Assembly (NCBI RefSeq): GCF_020745735.1
Contig: NC_083408.1
Span: forward strand, 56,822,484-56,886,483
Direction of reading: 5' to 3'
From: Hemiscyllium ocellatum
Lineage: Eukaryota
DNA: 64,000 nt
The notes beneath the pieces were generated by a model. It made no database searches and was not told the origin of the DNA. It saw only the letters and a program-made list of their open reading frames with translations. The translations under genes were made by a program, and so were the position numbers. This document shows positions 23,306 to 35,120 of this stretch, piece after piece (the first letter of the stretch is position 1; every line of letters starts with the position of its first letter).

Positions 23306-24628
23306 ATGCTTCGTTCAGTGTTCATTGCACTTTGGTTACAGAACTATTTACAAAATGCAGGGGTTCGGTCCCAGGTAACACCACCAAACTTTTGCAATGC
23401 TGGAATGTGTTACAGTTTGCATTTGGATAGACGTTCCTTTCCACACGCAAAGAAACTATGCGAGGACAAGAGGGGAATCCTGAGCACCATGGAAAGTCCA
23501 GGTGAAGCCAAGAACATTCGGCGGCTATTGGAAAATAACGTGCCAGCCAAAGCACAACGGTATCACCTGTGGATAGGACTCCACAGGAAGGTGAAACAGT
23601 GTTACTATCGTGACAAACCGCTCCGTGGATTCTACTGGGTTAATGGGAATGACCATTCCACTTACAGCCCCTGGATTAGGGAACCTCAGCGTACCTGCAC
23701 ACACGAGAGATGTGTGCAACTTCAGGCGAATCTCCCAAACCAACTTCAATGGAAAACTTCCGCGTGCGACAAAGAAAACGATGGTTTCATCTGCAAGTAC
23801 CAAATGTGCGAGCATCTCAATTTTGAATTTGGAGAGGTGGTGTATCAAAACCCCCAGCAGAGTGGGAGTGAGCTCTGGCCCGCTGTACCCGCAGGTTCAG
23901 TGGCTATCATCAGCTGCCCCAACGGCAAGTCTGTCCTTTTGAAATGTGACCGCGAGAACGGGGAAATCAAATGGTCATCTTCCAGGAGCCAGGCATCCAT
24001 GTGCAACAGCTGCTGGAATGAGACAACTGGAAGCTCGTGTCAAAATCGCTGTTTTCAGATCGCCGGAGACTACTTCTGTTACTGTAACAAGGATTTTTCC
24101 ATGGACCCTCTGCAAGGAAAATGCGTTCCAAAGGGAAATATGGAAACTGGCTTCAATGAATCGTCTAGAAACGGGTTCATAGGCACAGAAAGTGTAGCTG
24201 CCAATAGCTCAGCTTTCCCTGCATCGACATTAGCCACTAAATCTCCAACAAGACCATTCTCTCAAGCTGCTGAAAGTTTAACAGTTACATTTCCCCCATC
24301 TTTCACGGATGCAGAACAAGGAAAGCAGGAAGCGCATTCAAACGCACCCTTTCTAATATATCAGGTCATCATCGGCGTCCTGGTTCTGGTGCTGCTGGTC
24401 ATGATTGTGGGAATAATTATTCGGGAACGGAGAAGAGGAGGCACCCACAAAGCAGCAGCCAGCGAGGATGGCCTGGCGCTGAAAAGCACAGACTCGGTTC
24501 CTCAGGTGAACGCCAAAGACTCGGTGGAAACTGTGAATGTTACAAACGAAAACCATTATGTTGAAACCACGTCAGCGAGTGAAAATGAAGTTAATGTTCC
24601 CAAGGAAAACGGTGAAATAAGTCGCTAG
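23306..24628 (+). CDS. CLEC14A: C-type lectin domain family 14 member A (group XIV CTLD; 440 aa, single coding exon)
   Basis: Signal peptide; CTLD with WIGLHR..QC....PLRGFYW and RTCT..RC loop cysteines, ending W....C....DGFICKY; sushi-like region; a single EGF-like module; Ser/Thr-rich stalk; TM FLIYQVIIGVLVLVLLVMIVGIII followed by RERRR; tail. One EGF and convergence with SSTR1 distinguish it from CD93/THBD/CD248. Confidence 0.9.
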   Translation: MLRSVFIALWLQNYLQNAGVRSQVTPPNFCNAGMCYSLHLDRRSFPHAKKLCEDKRGILSTMESPGEAKNIRRLLENNVPAKAQRYHLWIGLHRKVKQCYYRDKPLRGFYWVNGNDHSTYSPWIREPQRTCTHERCVQLQANLPNQLQWKTSACDKENDGFICKYQMCEHLNFEFGEVVYQNPQQSGSELWPAVPAGSVAIISCPNGKSVLLKCDRENGEIKWSSSRSQASMCNSCWNETTGSSCQNRCFQIAGDYFCYCNKDFSMDPLQGKCVPKGNMETGFNESSRNGFIGTESVAANSSAFPASTLATKSPTRPFSQAAESLTVTFPPSFTDAEQGKQEAHSNAPFLIYQVIIGVLVLVLLVMIVGIIIRERRRGGTHKAAASEDGLALKSTDSVPQVNAKDSVETVNVTNENHYVETTSASENEVNVPKENGEISR

Positions 24629-24640
24629 CACACTGAGGAG

Positions 24641-24655
24641 CCACGAGGAGGCGCT
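24641..24655 (+). promoter_or_regulatory. Candidate CTCF site
   Basis: CCACGAGGAGGCGCT versus core CCACYAGRKGGCRC (two deviations). Confidence 0.4.
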
Positions 24656-24879
24656 CACTCTACAATTGCAATCTTGCACCAACGTATGTGTTAACTTACA
24701 GGAGGCGAATATAACTATCCTATAACTGGGGTAATGCATAATTTATCTGGTTTAACGTGAAGGAAGCGTGGATTTTTATAATGGTTGTTTAGAAGGCTGG
24801 TGTGTATACTTTACTGAACAGGAAACACGAATAATGTCCCCAAGAGATAGGTGATGCCCTTGTATACCATTGACTGTAC

Positions 24880-24885
24880 AATAAA
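24880..24885 (+). terminator. Candidate CLEC14A polyadenylation signal (alternatives 25012-25017, 25794-25799)
   Basis: AATAAA with upstream TGTA elements, and TTTTG/GTTGTTG downstream. Confidence 0.45.
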
Positions 24886-26330
24886 GAATATCAAGTTAAA
24901 CTGACTTTTGCCAAGTTGTTGCTGTGAGTTACTTAGCAACTTTAAGTAAATGATGCGATAGAAAAAAAATCTAAGTAATTTGTGCAAGAAAAAAGATTGC
25001 AATGACTTAGAAATAAAAGACACATGATCATAGAGTTGTTGACCATGCAAATATGCTAATAACCAAAGTCATTCACCAGAACGTGCAGTTAGTATTGTTG
25101 CAACTATCGAGACTGGGCTTATATTGACATTGATCAGATGAGTAAATGTCGTTTCCAGGAAACGTCAGTTTGGACGGATGCCATTAAAACGCTGCCGCTG
25201 TTTACAAAAGAATACAGCTGAAATCAATTGTGGCTTTGATTAAAATATTTTACTCTTAAAATACGAACAATGTTTAACACAGACTTGATCTCTAATATGT
25301 TAAAAAGTTAAATAATACTCGGTTCAAATAATATAACGGACATGGTCACCCCCCTATTTGAAGTGTCGCACTGAACAAAAGAGCTGAGTAGATAAATGTC
25401 AATAGACAACATCCCAATATATTGTAGCCACTTGTAAACCAAGCATGTATTCTTTCAACTCATCTTTTCATACCGCGTAATTTCACTTCTCCTGTGAGTA
25501 AATACACTGACCCCATTCGTTCATTTCTCAACAAAGAAAAGCTATGGAATCTGTGGACTTTTGAGCTTTGATTTGAGTCAGTAGTATACCCAGTGCTGGA
25601 AAGGTGAACTGAGATGATATTGAATACTCGGCTTCCTGTAATATGTTAACCGGTAAACTGTCCGAACGATTTCACTGGGCCTTTTAAACATCAAATGTGG
25701 CTGTTAAAGATTGAGTGTTCAAAATGGCAGCTCCTGCCAATCAGAAAGTCTAAAAGAGCTGAGAATGGGCCATCCACTTGGCTGAGTTCCAACAATAAAA
25801 CCAGATTGTCACGTTGGTTAATGTTAATTTATATTTTAAAATGCGCGTGTTTCTTTGTGATTGCCTAAGCGCTGTCCAGTAAGGCAGATCTATATCATCA
25901 CTGTCAATAGCAAAGCCTCTTAATTCTGCAGATTGTACGTTAACATGATTTGTTCTTAGTTCAAGTAGACTTGCTGTGTTTTTGTTTCTGATTCGGCAGT
26001 TCTTTCGGTTTTACTACCGGTGTTTGGCAATGTACAGATTAATGTCGAAAAGTTTGAAAGATACACCTCTCTCCCCCGTGAATAATACAACTTTAAAATT
26101 AGATTTTAAAAGGCATGAAGAGTATCTAGTTCGAAAAGAAAGGCCGCCTACAGGGCACGGACTGAATGAAGCTATAACCTTCTATAAGTCACTTATCATT
26201 CCATTACAAAGCTGAACAGAACCACCCTCTAAAAAGGTGTGATCATTCATTCACAATCAGCTTAGATTCTCGTACATCAAAACGATTTTCCCTCAAATTG
26301 GACTTGTCGAAAGACGCAATACAAATCCAT

Positions 26331-26336
26331 TTTATT
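26331..26336 (-). terminator. Candidate SSTR1 polyadenylation signal
   Basis: TTTATT on + is AATAAA on -, about 600 nt past the SSTR1 stop. Confidence 0.4.
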
Positions 26337-26940
26337 TAAAGACGGTACATTCCAGAATTGCTGTAATAATAATACTTCATTTCTGAGCGGAAGCGAAGGA
26401 TAATCCGGAAGTGGTAATCTGCTGTTTCTTTCAGTACCTGTGCAGTTAAAATCACAAACTGGCCCTCAGCAGCCAGCCACTTTTCAAACTCGCCACAAGC
26501 CCCAAGGTGATACTGCACTAACTTGTGCAGTTCAATGGGAACGGGGTGCGGTGGAGTATTGGGGTTTCAAACGGTTACGAAGTGGCCCAGAGAGACATCT
26601 TTTGGAGAAAGCGGAATCCTTGTCCACAAAACAACCTTGGATCCCACTTGCCATTTTACCAGGAGCATCCCAGCGGCTTTCCGGCGCGACAATATTTGAG
26701 TTTGAATTGAGATACTAACAGTGATAGCTGACGGATAGGAAGGGAAACGGCGCTTACATCGAGGCCTTGATTAAACAGCAAATGTCAGTGCTCAGGCTTT
26801 CACAGCTTCAAACAACAGAAGGGAACAATTCAGCAAACTGCAGCAGAAAGCTGTTGAACAACTTTAGCCTCAGGGAGTGGTTTCCCCGGAGTTAAGGGGA
26901 CTGTTTTGATTTGCCGTACAACTGCCTTCCTTGTGCTGAC

Positions 26941-28047
26941 TCACAGGGTGGTGGTCCGAGAGGTACAGGTACCATTGCGGTACATGCTATTGGATTCCAA
27001 CGGGTCCTGTTGAAAGTCTTCCACACTGTACGCCCTGCTCTTGAGAGCTGTGGCATAGTAATCTATGGGCTCCTCTGCAACACTGTCCATCCAGCGCAGG
27101 CACAGGATCCTCTGGAAGGATCTCTTGAAGTTGTCCGAGAGAAAGCCGTAGAGGATGGGGTTGGCGCAACTGTTGGCGTAGCCCAGGATGACGGCGAGCT
27201 GACTGACGGTGGGCTCCTGCTGGTCGACAAAGACATTGACCAGCTGCACAATGTAAAAGGGCATCCAGCACATCACAAACACCGTCACCACCATCATCAC
27301 CATCAAGGTGATCTTCCTCTCGGACCTTTTGCGCTGCTGCCAGCCTGCTTTTAGCGCCACCACTCTCAGCTTGACAATGATGAGGATGTAACACAGGCAG
27401 ATCGCCACCACCGGGATGAGGAAGCCCATTAAAAACGCGTAGACCACGAAGCCGGCCAGCCACCGCTTGGTGGGTTTCGGCATCTGTATGTTGCAGGAGA
27501 CCGAGCCATCCGAGTTGCTGGCTGTGCCCGCAAAGATAATGATGGGCACGATGACCATGATTGAGAGCAGCCAGACGGCCAGGTTGACCAGCTTGGCTAT
27601 GGTGGGTCTCCTGTAACTGGCAGCTTTGATAGGGTGCACCACCGCAATGTACCTGTCCATACTGAGCACAGTCAGGCAGTAGATGCTGGTGAACATATTG
27701 ATGGCATCTACGCTGAGGACCAGGCGGCAGAGCAGAGACCCAAAAGGCCAGTGCCCGAGCAAGGTCGAGGTCACCAGGAAGGGCACGCTGAGCATAAGCA
27801 ACTCATCGGCGATGGCCAAGTTCAAGATGTATATATTCGTGGCTGTCTTCATTTTGGCATATCTGAGGATCACATATATAACCAAGGAGTTCCCACAGAG
27901 TCCCACAAAACAGACCACTGAATAGATGAAGGAGATAAGGATGGCACTGCACTGGCTATCGCTTGAAGTCCCATTCCAAGTAAAATTGGCAGCATCCATG
28001 GCAGTATCCAGAATGGCCAGATGCCTGGCAGAATCATTGGGAAACAT
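26941..28047 (-). CDS. SSTR1: Somatostatin receptor type 1 (368 aa, intronless CDS)
   Basis: Starts MFPN with A at -3. [112 protein letters not shown] and C-terminal [10 protein letters not shown]. The ORF track's 28263 start is a TTG. Confidence 0.97.
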   Translation of the reverse strand: MFPNDSARHLAILDTAMDAANFTWNGTSSDSQCSAILISFIYSVVCFVGLCGNSLVIYVILRYAKMKTATNIYILNLAIADELLMLSVPFLVTSTLLGHWPFGSLLCRLVLSVDAINMFTSIYCLTVLSMDRYIAVVHPIKAASYRRPTIAKLVNLAVWLLSIMVIVPIIIFAGTASNSDGSVSCNIQMPKPTKRWLAGFVVYAFLMGFLIPVVAICLCYILIIVKLRVVALKAGWQQRKRSERKITLMVMMVVTVFVMCWMPFYIVQLVNVFVDQQEPTVSQLAVILGYANSCANPILYGFLSDNFKRSFQRILCLRWMDSVAEEPIDYYATALKSRAYSVEDFQQDPLESNSMYRNGTCTSRTTTL

Positions 28048-28480
28048 CTTGCCCGGTGCTAGCGTGAGCTTGCTCCTTGTCGGGTCGGTGCTCCGCCGGA
28101 GCGCACTGCCAAGCCCAGCCGCGCCTCCTGCAGCTCCCTTCGGTTTCCCTCTCCCCTCTGAGTCCTTGGAGTCGGCAGCCGCGCCATCCACCAGCCTTCC
28201 CTCACAGACAAGCTGCCGAGGAATGATTTTTTTTTTAAAAACCCGAGAACGATGAAGAGGCAAACGTCAGGAGCGGGGAGCTGGAGACTGGCAGGGAGCC
28301 GGCTCGGGCTGGGCGCCGCGGGGACAAAGCGGGGGGACCTGACTGTCGGAGCGCAGGAGCAGGGGCACAACACACTTCCACTAACAGCTTTCCTCATACG
28401 ATTCCACACCAAGGACATCTCTCCGACTTCCTCAGGCATTGGTGCAAACTCGGAATCACGTGTACGCTTTGTCACTTAAT
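28048..28480 (-). promoter_or_regulatory. GC/CpG-rich SSTR1 5' leader/promoter
   Basis: High CpG density; half-CRE TGACG (~28265, minus strand); E-box CACGTG (~28457). Confidence 0.55.
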
Positions 28481-28829
28481 ACATGCAGCACTCTGCCTCC
28501 AAATGTGTGTGTGTGGGGCTGGTGTGAAAGTTTAATCCAAGTATGGCAGGATTCCAGAATCCTAGCATCATTTAATTATAGAAGATAAACTTCAACGCTC
28601 TAATAATTCATCTTCACCGTACTATAATGATGCTATTTCAATTCGTGCAAATCGATATAATATTTAAATTGTCTTGTGCACAGGTATTGCTAAATTAACT
28701 GGTTTTTGCTTTTCTATTTTACTTCCTCGATGTGTTAAACCAATGCGTCAACTCTTAGACGCCAAGTTCTGTTAATTAATGTCAACACCACATTTTCTCA
28801 GCGCTTTTTTTCAAGGTAGACAGCGAAAT

Positions 28830-29280
28830 AGAAGCTGGAGAAGACCATATGGTTTTTGGAGCCTGCTCCGCCCATTCATTATGAGAGTGGGTGGTCATCT
28901 CATTAAATACCCGTTCCTACTCTCCATTTTGTGTTAAGCAGGGGACTGTCTCTGAGCTGTCTGGACCGCACAGTAGGTGTGTTATTAAAAAGAAAAAAAA
29001 GCCAGTTCCTACTTTTCTTTCATATCCTTTGATCCCTTTAGCACCCAGTGCTATAATCCAACTCCTGTTGAAATTGTACAATATCTTGCAAGCTACTATT
29101 TTCCGAGGTAATGAATTCCACAGGCTCACCACTCTCTAGTTGAAGACATTTTACCTCATCTCAGTCGTAAATGATTTACCCCACATCCTTAAACTGTGAC
29201 CACTGGTTCTGCAGTGCCCCGCCATGGGGCGCATCCTCTTACATCTACCCTGCGTAGTCCTATTTGAATTTTATAGGATT
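28830..29280 (-). mobile_element. CR1 3' fragment with small internal insertion
   Basis: VVSLWNSLP...ALGAKGIKGY on minus strand; tail aatagaagctggag..gaccat. Confidence 0.75.
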
Positions 29281-30489
29281 ACTTTGATAGGTAAACAGAG
29301 CTTTTGAAAGAGGAAATTTGCAATGTGACTTTGTAACCCTCCTTCTGCAAATTACTGAAGGACCAGTGATCTCAGTGTAATTCCATTCTGCAGAACAAAT
29401 AGCAACATTTATGGGCGGTGTTTGCACGAGTTTGATACCGTTTTAATTTTCTGAATACAGTGCATGACACTAATTCAAGTTATATTTCAGCTAATTTAGC
29501 CTTCTGTTCAAATGCTTAAGTCAGCTGATAATACTGCTATTGTTTGTCTTCTCTTCATATTTATTGCATCACTGACCAGCTGGTTGAGTTGTCAATCTAT
29601 TGTCAATTTAACTAATAACTTTAATTTTCTGTACATGATTATATGAGCAGAATTACTTTTATTTCACAGATGCATTTGGACATGTCTAGAACTCTAAAAT
29701 ATTAAAATATTTAGCACTGTTATTCACTTCCATTCTTAGTTTATTTCAATAAAAAGGTTTCAATAATTCAAAAATACGTATACCTGCACTTAAGGAATTT
29801 TGCAATGAATTTCAACTATTTGATACTGGAAATTTTTACATAAAATATATTCCAAGATTAAAACCTAGATATTACTATGGTGGATAGCAGTAATCAAACA
29901 ATTTATTTATCAGATATATGTCGATCTACTATCTCAGGTGAACTATTAACTCAGTAAACAGACCTGCCCAAGAAAACAAATACAAGCATGAAAGTCAGGT
30001 GCATTTCCCTATCTTGGTCTCAAACTGTAATTTCTAGATTAAATATTAACAATAAGTAGCATTTGTCTTTTATAACTAAAGCTATATTAGTGCATCAATG
30101 GTGTTTTTATTTTACTTATTTCATTTTCAACTTATAGTTTAAATTTAAAGTATTTACGAAATTGATATGCACTGTCATAATCTTAATATGATGGTTTTGA
30201 TTTTTTTTGTACCAATGCATACTTACTCCCTCTCCCATTTGAAAACTTCAATCAATAAACTTTTAGGATTTTGTTCAAACAATAAATCTTGACATTTCCC
30301 TGAGTATTCATTGTAGAAATATTATCTCCCATGTGTATTTTTTTCTACAGTTACCGAAATTTATCACTTCCTTTCATAAAATATCCACAATTTCTTCCCT
30401 TTAACTTTGAGACTCTTTTGATAGAGCTGCAACTGCCAACCAGTAAGCTCTTGGTAAACATGACAAATTACATAATTACAACATTTGTT

Positions 30490-30880
30490 TTCTTGTAGCC
30501 TTTAATGCAGGAAAATGTCCAACATGCTTTGTAGGAGCATAATCATACAAAAACAGGCACCAAGCTAAAGAAGGAGATACAGGAGTCAACAACCTGCTTA
30601 AAACAGAAGGTTGTAAGGAGGTCATAAAAAGTGTGGTTAGAATGATTCATATAGAACTTAAGGGAGGAGAAGAAGTGAGCCGTGATGCAGATTGAAATCA
30701 CTAAGGATAAAAAGTCACTTGATATGGAGATTGAAGGAGAAAAGGAGTGAAAATATATCTTAATAAGAAATTTGGGCTGATGGGGTAATGGTGGAGAATT
30801 AATCTTTTAAAGCAGAGGTCAAATGTTAAGGGAGAATAATGTGCAAGAAGATTTGGGGGACAGACTGGATGAGAGTTGGT
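30490..30880 (-). mobile_element. Probable old L2 LINE 3' fragment
   Basis: gcctttaatg.aggaaaatgtcc...gctttgtaggagcata...aagaaggagata resembles the recalled L2 3' end. Confidence 0.4.
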
Positions 30881-30924
30881 GATACAGGCAACAACCCTAC
30901 TGTGATGCTTTGTGTGGGCTGCTG

Positions 30925-31172
30925 CTCGGCAGCATAGCCAGGCAGGAAGTTCTGGTTTTCTCCCACATTCCAAAGGTTAGGTGGATTTGCCTGGCATTAA
31001 TTGCTCATAGTGTCCAGAGGTGTGCAGGCTGGCTGGATTAGCCATGGGAAATGCAGAGTTACGCGGATAGAGTCTGGGTGGGATGCTCTTTGGACGAGCA
31101 GTGTGGACCCAATGGGCAGAATGGCCTCCTTCCATACTGTGAGGATTCTATGACTCTATTCTACTCTATGAT
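30925..31172 (+). mobile_element. HE1-type SINE, 5'-degraded
   Basis: tggttttctcccacattccaaaggttaggtggatt...aatggcctccttccatactgtgaggattctatgact. Confidence 0.75.
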
Positions 31173-31374
31173 TCAAAGGCCTAAGGAACAATGTGTCATA
31201 GTGAACTACTTTTCGAAAGGATCACGAAGTCAATATGACTTCAATGAGGTGCAAGATGTTAAGGCCTATGGTCACAAGTCAGTAGACATACTGGAGGAGG
31301 ATGTAAAGAGGGATTGTATCAGTCATGGCTTGTTGATAATGCTAAATCAGAATGTTCAAGCCCTGTTCTTGTGA

Positions 31375-31730
31375 TTTGAGCATAAAATCTTGTCTGCAAT
31401 TCAATCCAGTACCAAGTGTTGCACTTTCAGGGACCTTACCTCTTGAATTAGCTTAAAATTAGGTACCTCTGTCCCCTCAAGTTATGTGAGAAATCCCATT
31501 GTGCAATTTTTAAGAAGAACAGGGAGTTTTCTTTGATGTCTTGGTTAATATTTGTCCTTTAACCAACACCATAAATAAGTTCGTTGCTCATTTATTTCAT
31601 TGTGATTTGCTGTGTGGAAATTTGGTTACCTTGTTTCTTGCATTGCAACAATGGCTATCTTGTGAAGTTGCTGAATTGCCTGCAAAAGGGACTTCATGAT
31701 TTCAAGTTATATAAATACATGTCTTCCTAT
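31375..31730 (+). mobile_element. Deu-domain SINE (SacSINE1/AmnSINE1-like), old
   Basis: aaatcccattgtgcaattttaagaagaacagggagttttc...aatatttgtcctttaaccaacacc...ttgctgtgtggaaatttggttacc matches the recalled DeuSINE core. Confidence 0.65.
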
Positions 31731-32689
31731 TTTCTTTTTACTCATCCATTTTGCAGAGTCCACAGGTGCCAGCAGTGAATGAATAAACAGAATGGAAAAA
31801 AAAATCTTAAACTGCCTTGCTGGGTGGGAGGATTGGTGTGAGAATAAGTGAGTTTCATTTTCATTTGTTTGCAATGAAATCATTAATATCTCTAGGAATA
31901 TGCCTTGAGCCTGCACTTTTATCCCTAATATACTTCATGAGGATGGGTAGTTTATGAAAAATTACAGTGGTTTAAGTCAAAAACCATGGGGTCAACTTCT
32001 ACAGCATTGACATTTACATGAATGCATATTGTAATTGGTCAAATCGAACATTTGCATTTTGCCACCTATGAAGTTGGCAACAACCTGCTAATGGCAATGA
32101 GATACATTTACAATGCAGAGAGTGTGCAATTATCAACACCAAGCTTCCAACGATGCCAGATCAGCAAGCAAATTAGCAGAATATCTGAATTACAGCATCC
32201 ACAGTTCTTTCCATTTTTATTTAGCAAAATGTTCACTAACTGAGCAGCTGTAGCTCTCCAAACTAGAATTTGGAGTTCTTTTTCCTTTTGACGACATATA
32301 GACCTTTCACAGCTTTAGAAAGGGGTAGCTAGACCAAACAAAATTGGTACTATTTATACAACGGCAATTTCAATAACAGAGGCAATGGAGCCAGAAGTAC
32401 ATCTCTATCAGAATAAGATGGGCAAGTCGTGATTCCTGCTTCTAAGCAAGCTGTGGATGAATACCTCTCGTGATGAATACCATTGGAGAATGGTAACAGA
32501 AACATGAAGGGACATTGTTGGCATACGCAAGTGAGAATAAAGCCTGGAACAGTGGGCAGCAGAAAACTGGAAACATAGAGGAATAGTGGAGGGTGCTGTA
32601 GAGATTTGGGTGGATAAAATACCTGAAAGAGAAGAAACTAAAGCTGATATAGATTAGAAGTCAAAAAGAAAAGACAGAGGCAAATATAC

Positions 32690-32900
32690 ATCCTTATAGC
32701 ACGTTGCATAGCCTCAGGACCTCACGAGTACTTTCCAGCTGATTTTAAAGTTGAAATGTAGTAGTGTGGTAGAACAGCTAATTTGCATGCGAGCAGGACT
32801 CACAAACAGAAATGAGATAATGACTGGATAATATTGATCAATATGTTGTTTGAGTAGCAACTATTGGCCAGAACGCCTGGGAAATCTTTACTATCCTTCA
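32690..32900 (-). mobile_element. Deu-domain SINE fragment
   Basis: ttatagcac...cctcaggacctc...cagctaatttgca...cacaaacagaaatgagataatgac...ttgag...tattggccag. Confidence 0.6.
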
Positions 32901-33477
32901 GTCATTTACATCTTGTTGCGCAGTCAGGGATTAACATTCCCAGCCTTTTGGCAATGAACTGATAAACTGGAAAACTCACAAAATGGTGGGAGGTGGGCAT
33001 CAGGTGTGGTACAGGAGCCCATCTGCTGCCATGTAATTTTGCCACCATTGAGAATTAATTGAACACCCCCAGCCAGATGAACCACTTAAACAATCAAAGA
33101 TTATTTCCTGCCTCAGCAGACATTTTTCCATATTGGGGCCGATCCATTGCTCAATGGGTAGACATTCGGGAGAACCTAGCAGCATCCCAGTGAGTTCTGA
33201 GGAGAATCCTCCTTGATGACCACTCCATGTCACAAGACTTTTCAGCAATAATTGCTGTCCTTGTGGCAACCCGACTGTGGATGTGCCATGTCTCTTAACC
33301 TGATTATGGGGGCCTGGCAAGTAGGCCCTGACTTCCCCAAAGTTGTTCACCTGTCTTGGAGAGCATTCCAGAGCTGATAAGCCACTGAGCTTCTGATTGA
33401 GTGCAGATCACTTTACTTCACTGAATCACATCCCTGGTGGCAGCCAGTTAAGAGGGCACAGCCATCCATGTTCCACT

Positions 33478-33629
33478 ATCGACAAGCAGGAGGCTGGAAG
33501 AGCACAGCAAGCCAGGCTGCACCAGGAGGTGGAGAAGTCAACTGTCCTGGTACTGCCTGGCTTGTTGTGTTCATCCAGCCTCCTGCTTAACTACTTTGGG
33601 TTCCAGTTTTTTTTGTCTCTCTCTCTCTG
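33478..33629. mobile_element. Palindromic PLE-terminus mini-element with 9-bp TSD
   Basis: Arms AAGCAGGAGGCTGGAAGAGCACAGCAAGCCAGGCTGCACCAGGA / TCCTGGTACTGCCTGGCTTGTTGTGTTCATCCAGCCTCCTGCTT. TGTTCCACT at 33469-33477 and 33630-33638. Confidence 0.75.
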
Positions 33630-34149
33630 TGTTCCACTGGCTGTCAGTGTGGTGTCAGTTCTTGTATTTATGTAACCATGAAATTTGAAGTAATGAAGTA
33701 GTAGTGGGGACTCACAACAGCCATGTCTCACAGTGTGGTGCAGTAGACCAACATGGTTCAGGTGACAGGAGCCTAGGAAGATACATTTAAGCAGAGTTAC
33801 AACCTTTTAAAAAATCACAGGAAAAACAAAGAGCCAGCACAAAGCAGCCTGCCTTGCACCAGTTAAACCTGTAGATAAAATGTGCAGTTGGCTAAAAGAT
33901 CCAGGAGGAGACAAGATTGTGTTTAAGTAGGACAATGAATGAATGAGGATAGAGATGCAACACATAGAAGCTCATAATAATCTGCCAGGTCCGTGAGATT
34001 GCATTCCAAGGCAGGGTTTGCCTATCTTTATAGCTCTTCTGTTTGAATTCCATTTGATATGCCTGGAATTTTTATTCATATTTTAATGTAGAGGGAGACA
34101 AATGAAAAGAGGGCCTGGAGGGTTTTGTAGAGGGAACTGAGCAGAAGAA

Positions 34150-35120
34150 ATGACAATTCTCCTCAGGGTGGAACTTTTGTTGGGTATATTAAATGTACCA
34201 CACAGTCTTCCTATGCCACTTTGGGCTTTAAGACCTTGCAGGGAATCTTTTGGCAATGCTTGACTCTGATAAAGATGCTAAAGAAAGACCTTGAAGTCCT
34301 CACTTCAGTTCTAAAAGTAGAAAAGTTCATCTTTCCATCAGATTTTAATGCAAGGGTTGGTCATAACTCCAACAACTAGAAAGGAAACATTCGCAAAAGT
34401 AGTGTGAGAAAGATCCATTTAAATTGTACCCCCGGTGACAAAGTGTGTTCAGTATTGCCTTAGTGCTATAACAGTCCTCTTCTGCCAGAGGCATCCTAGA
34501 CAAAGCATTGGCACCCCCATGGTTAACCCATTGTTTTGGTCAAAAATCTAACTAATCACTTGATCTATGGGTCACTGATGCCTGCTGGACAGATCAATAC
34601 CTTGTTTGTTTCATGGTAAACCTCTGCCTAGCACTAAGATATCTTCAGAACCAAGGGTCCAAAAGGAAGTAGATTAACGTCTGAACTGTAATGAAATTGA
34701 ACAAAGGGAGTAATTACAAGTGCAGCTCACAATCAATTTGAAAATCTTCACGCATTCAACTCTCAGAATAGAAGGATCAAATAAAGTTAGCTGTAATACA
34801 TCCCCATGTCCATTTAATTGGGTTCGAACTGCTTCACTGAAAATAATGCTGAAATATGTGACTTCCTGGAACAGAAATAAGCAGCCTTCATTGGTTGTCA
34901 GAACAACCTAGGCAGCATTCCAATCGAACCATGTTGACACCCAAGACAGATCTGGAAGGTAAAGAATTAGTGATGGAGACAGAAGTCCAACTGAACCAAC
35001 AATATGTTGTCCATCAGGCCATGCAAACTTTTTTTGAAGATATGAGGGCCATCAATAGACCATGGTCAAATGGACAAAATCCTATTTGTTCACAGTATTC
35101 TGTCACTCTTCTTAAGTAAA
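34150..35120 (+). mobile_element. Decayed RTE-clade LINE (endonuclease/linker region)
   Basis: gattttaatgcaagggttgg = DFNARVG; ..HW....; W.DQ.LV remnants. Confidence 0.55.

Noticed and set aside
23322-24556. Short ORFs overlapping CLEC14A
   Set aside because: Alternate-frame shadows with no independent evidence.
25868-25890. REST/RE1-like GCGCTGTCC
   Set aside because: Half-site only.
26911-28479. Antisense and alternate-frame ORFs over SSTR1 (e.g. 26911-27354, 26987-27463, 27926-28255)
   Set aside because: Expected shadows of a GC-rich coding exon; no domain similarity.
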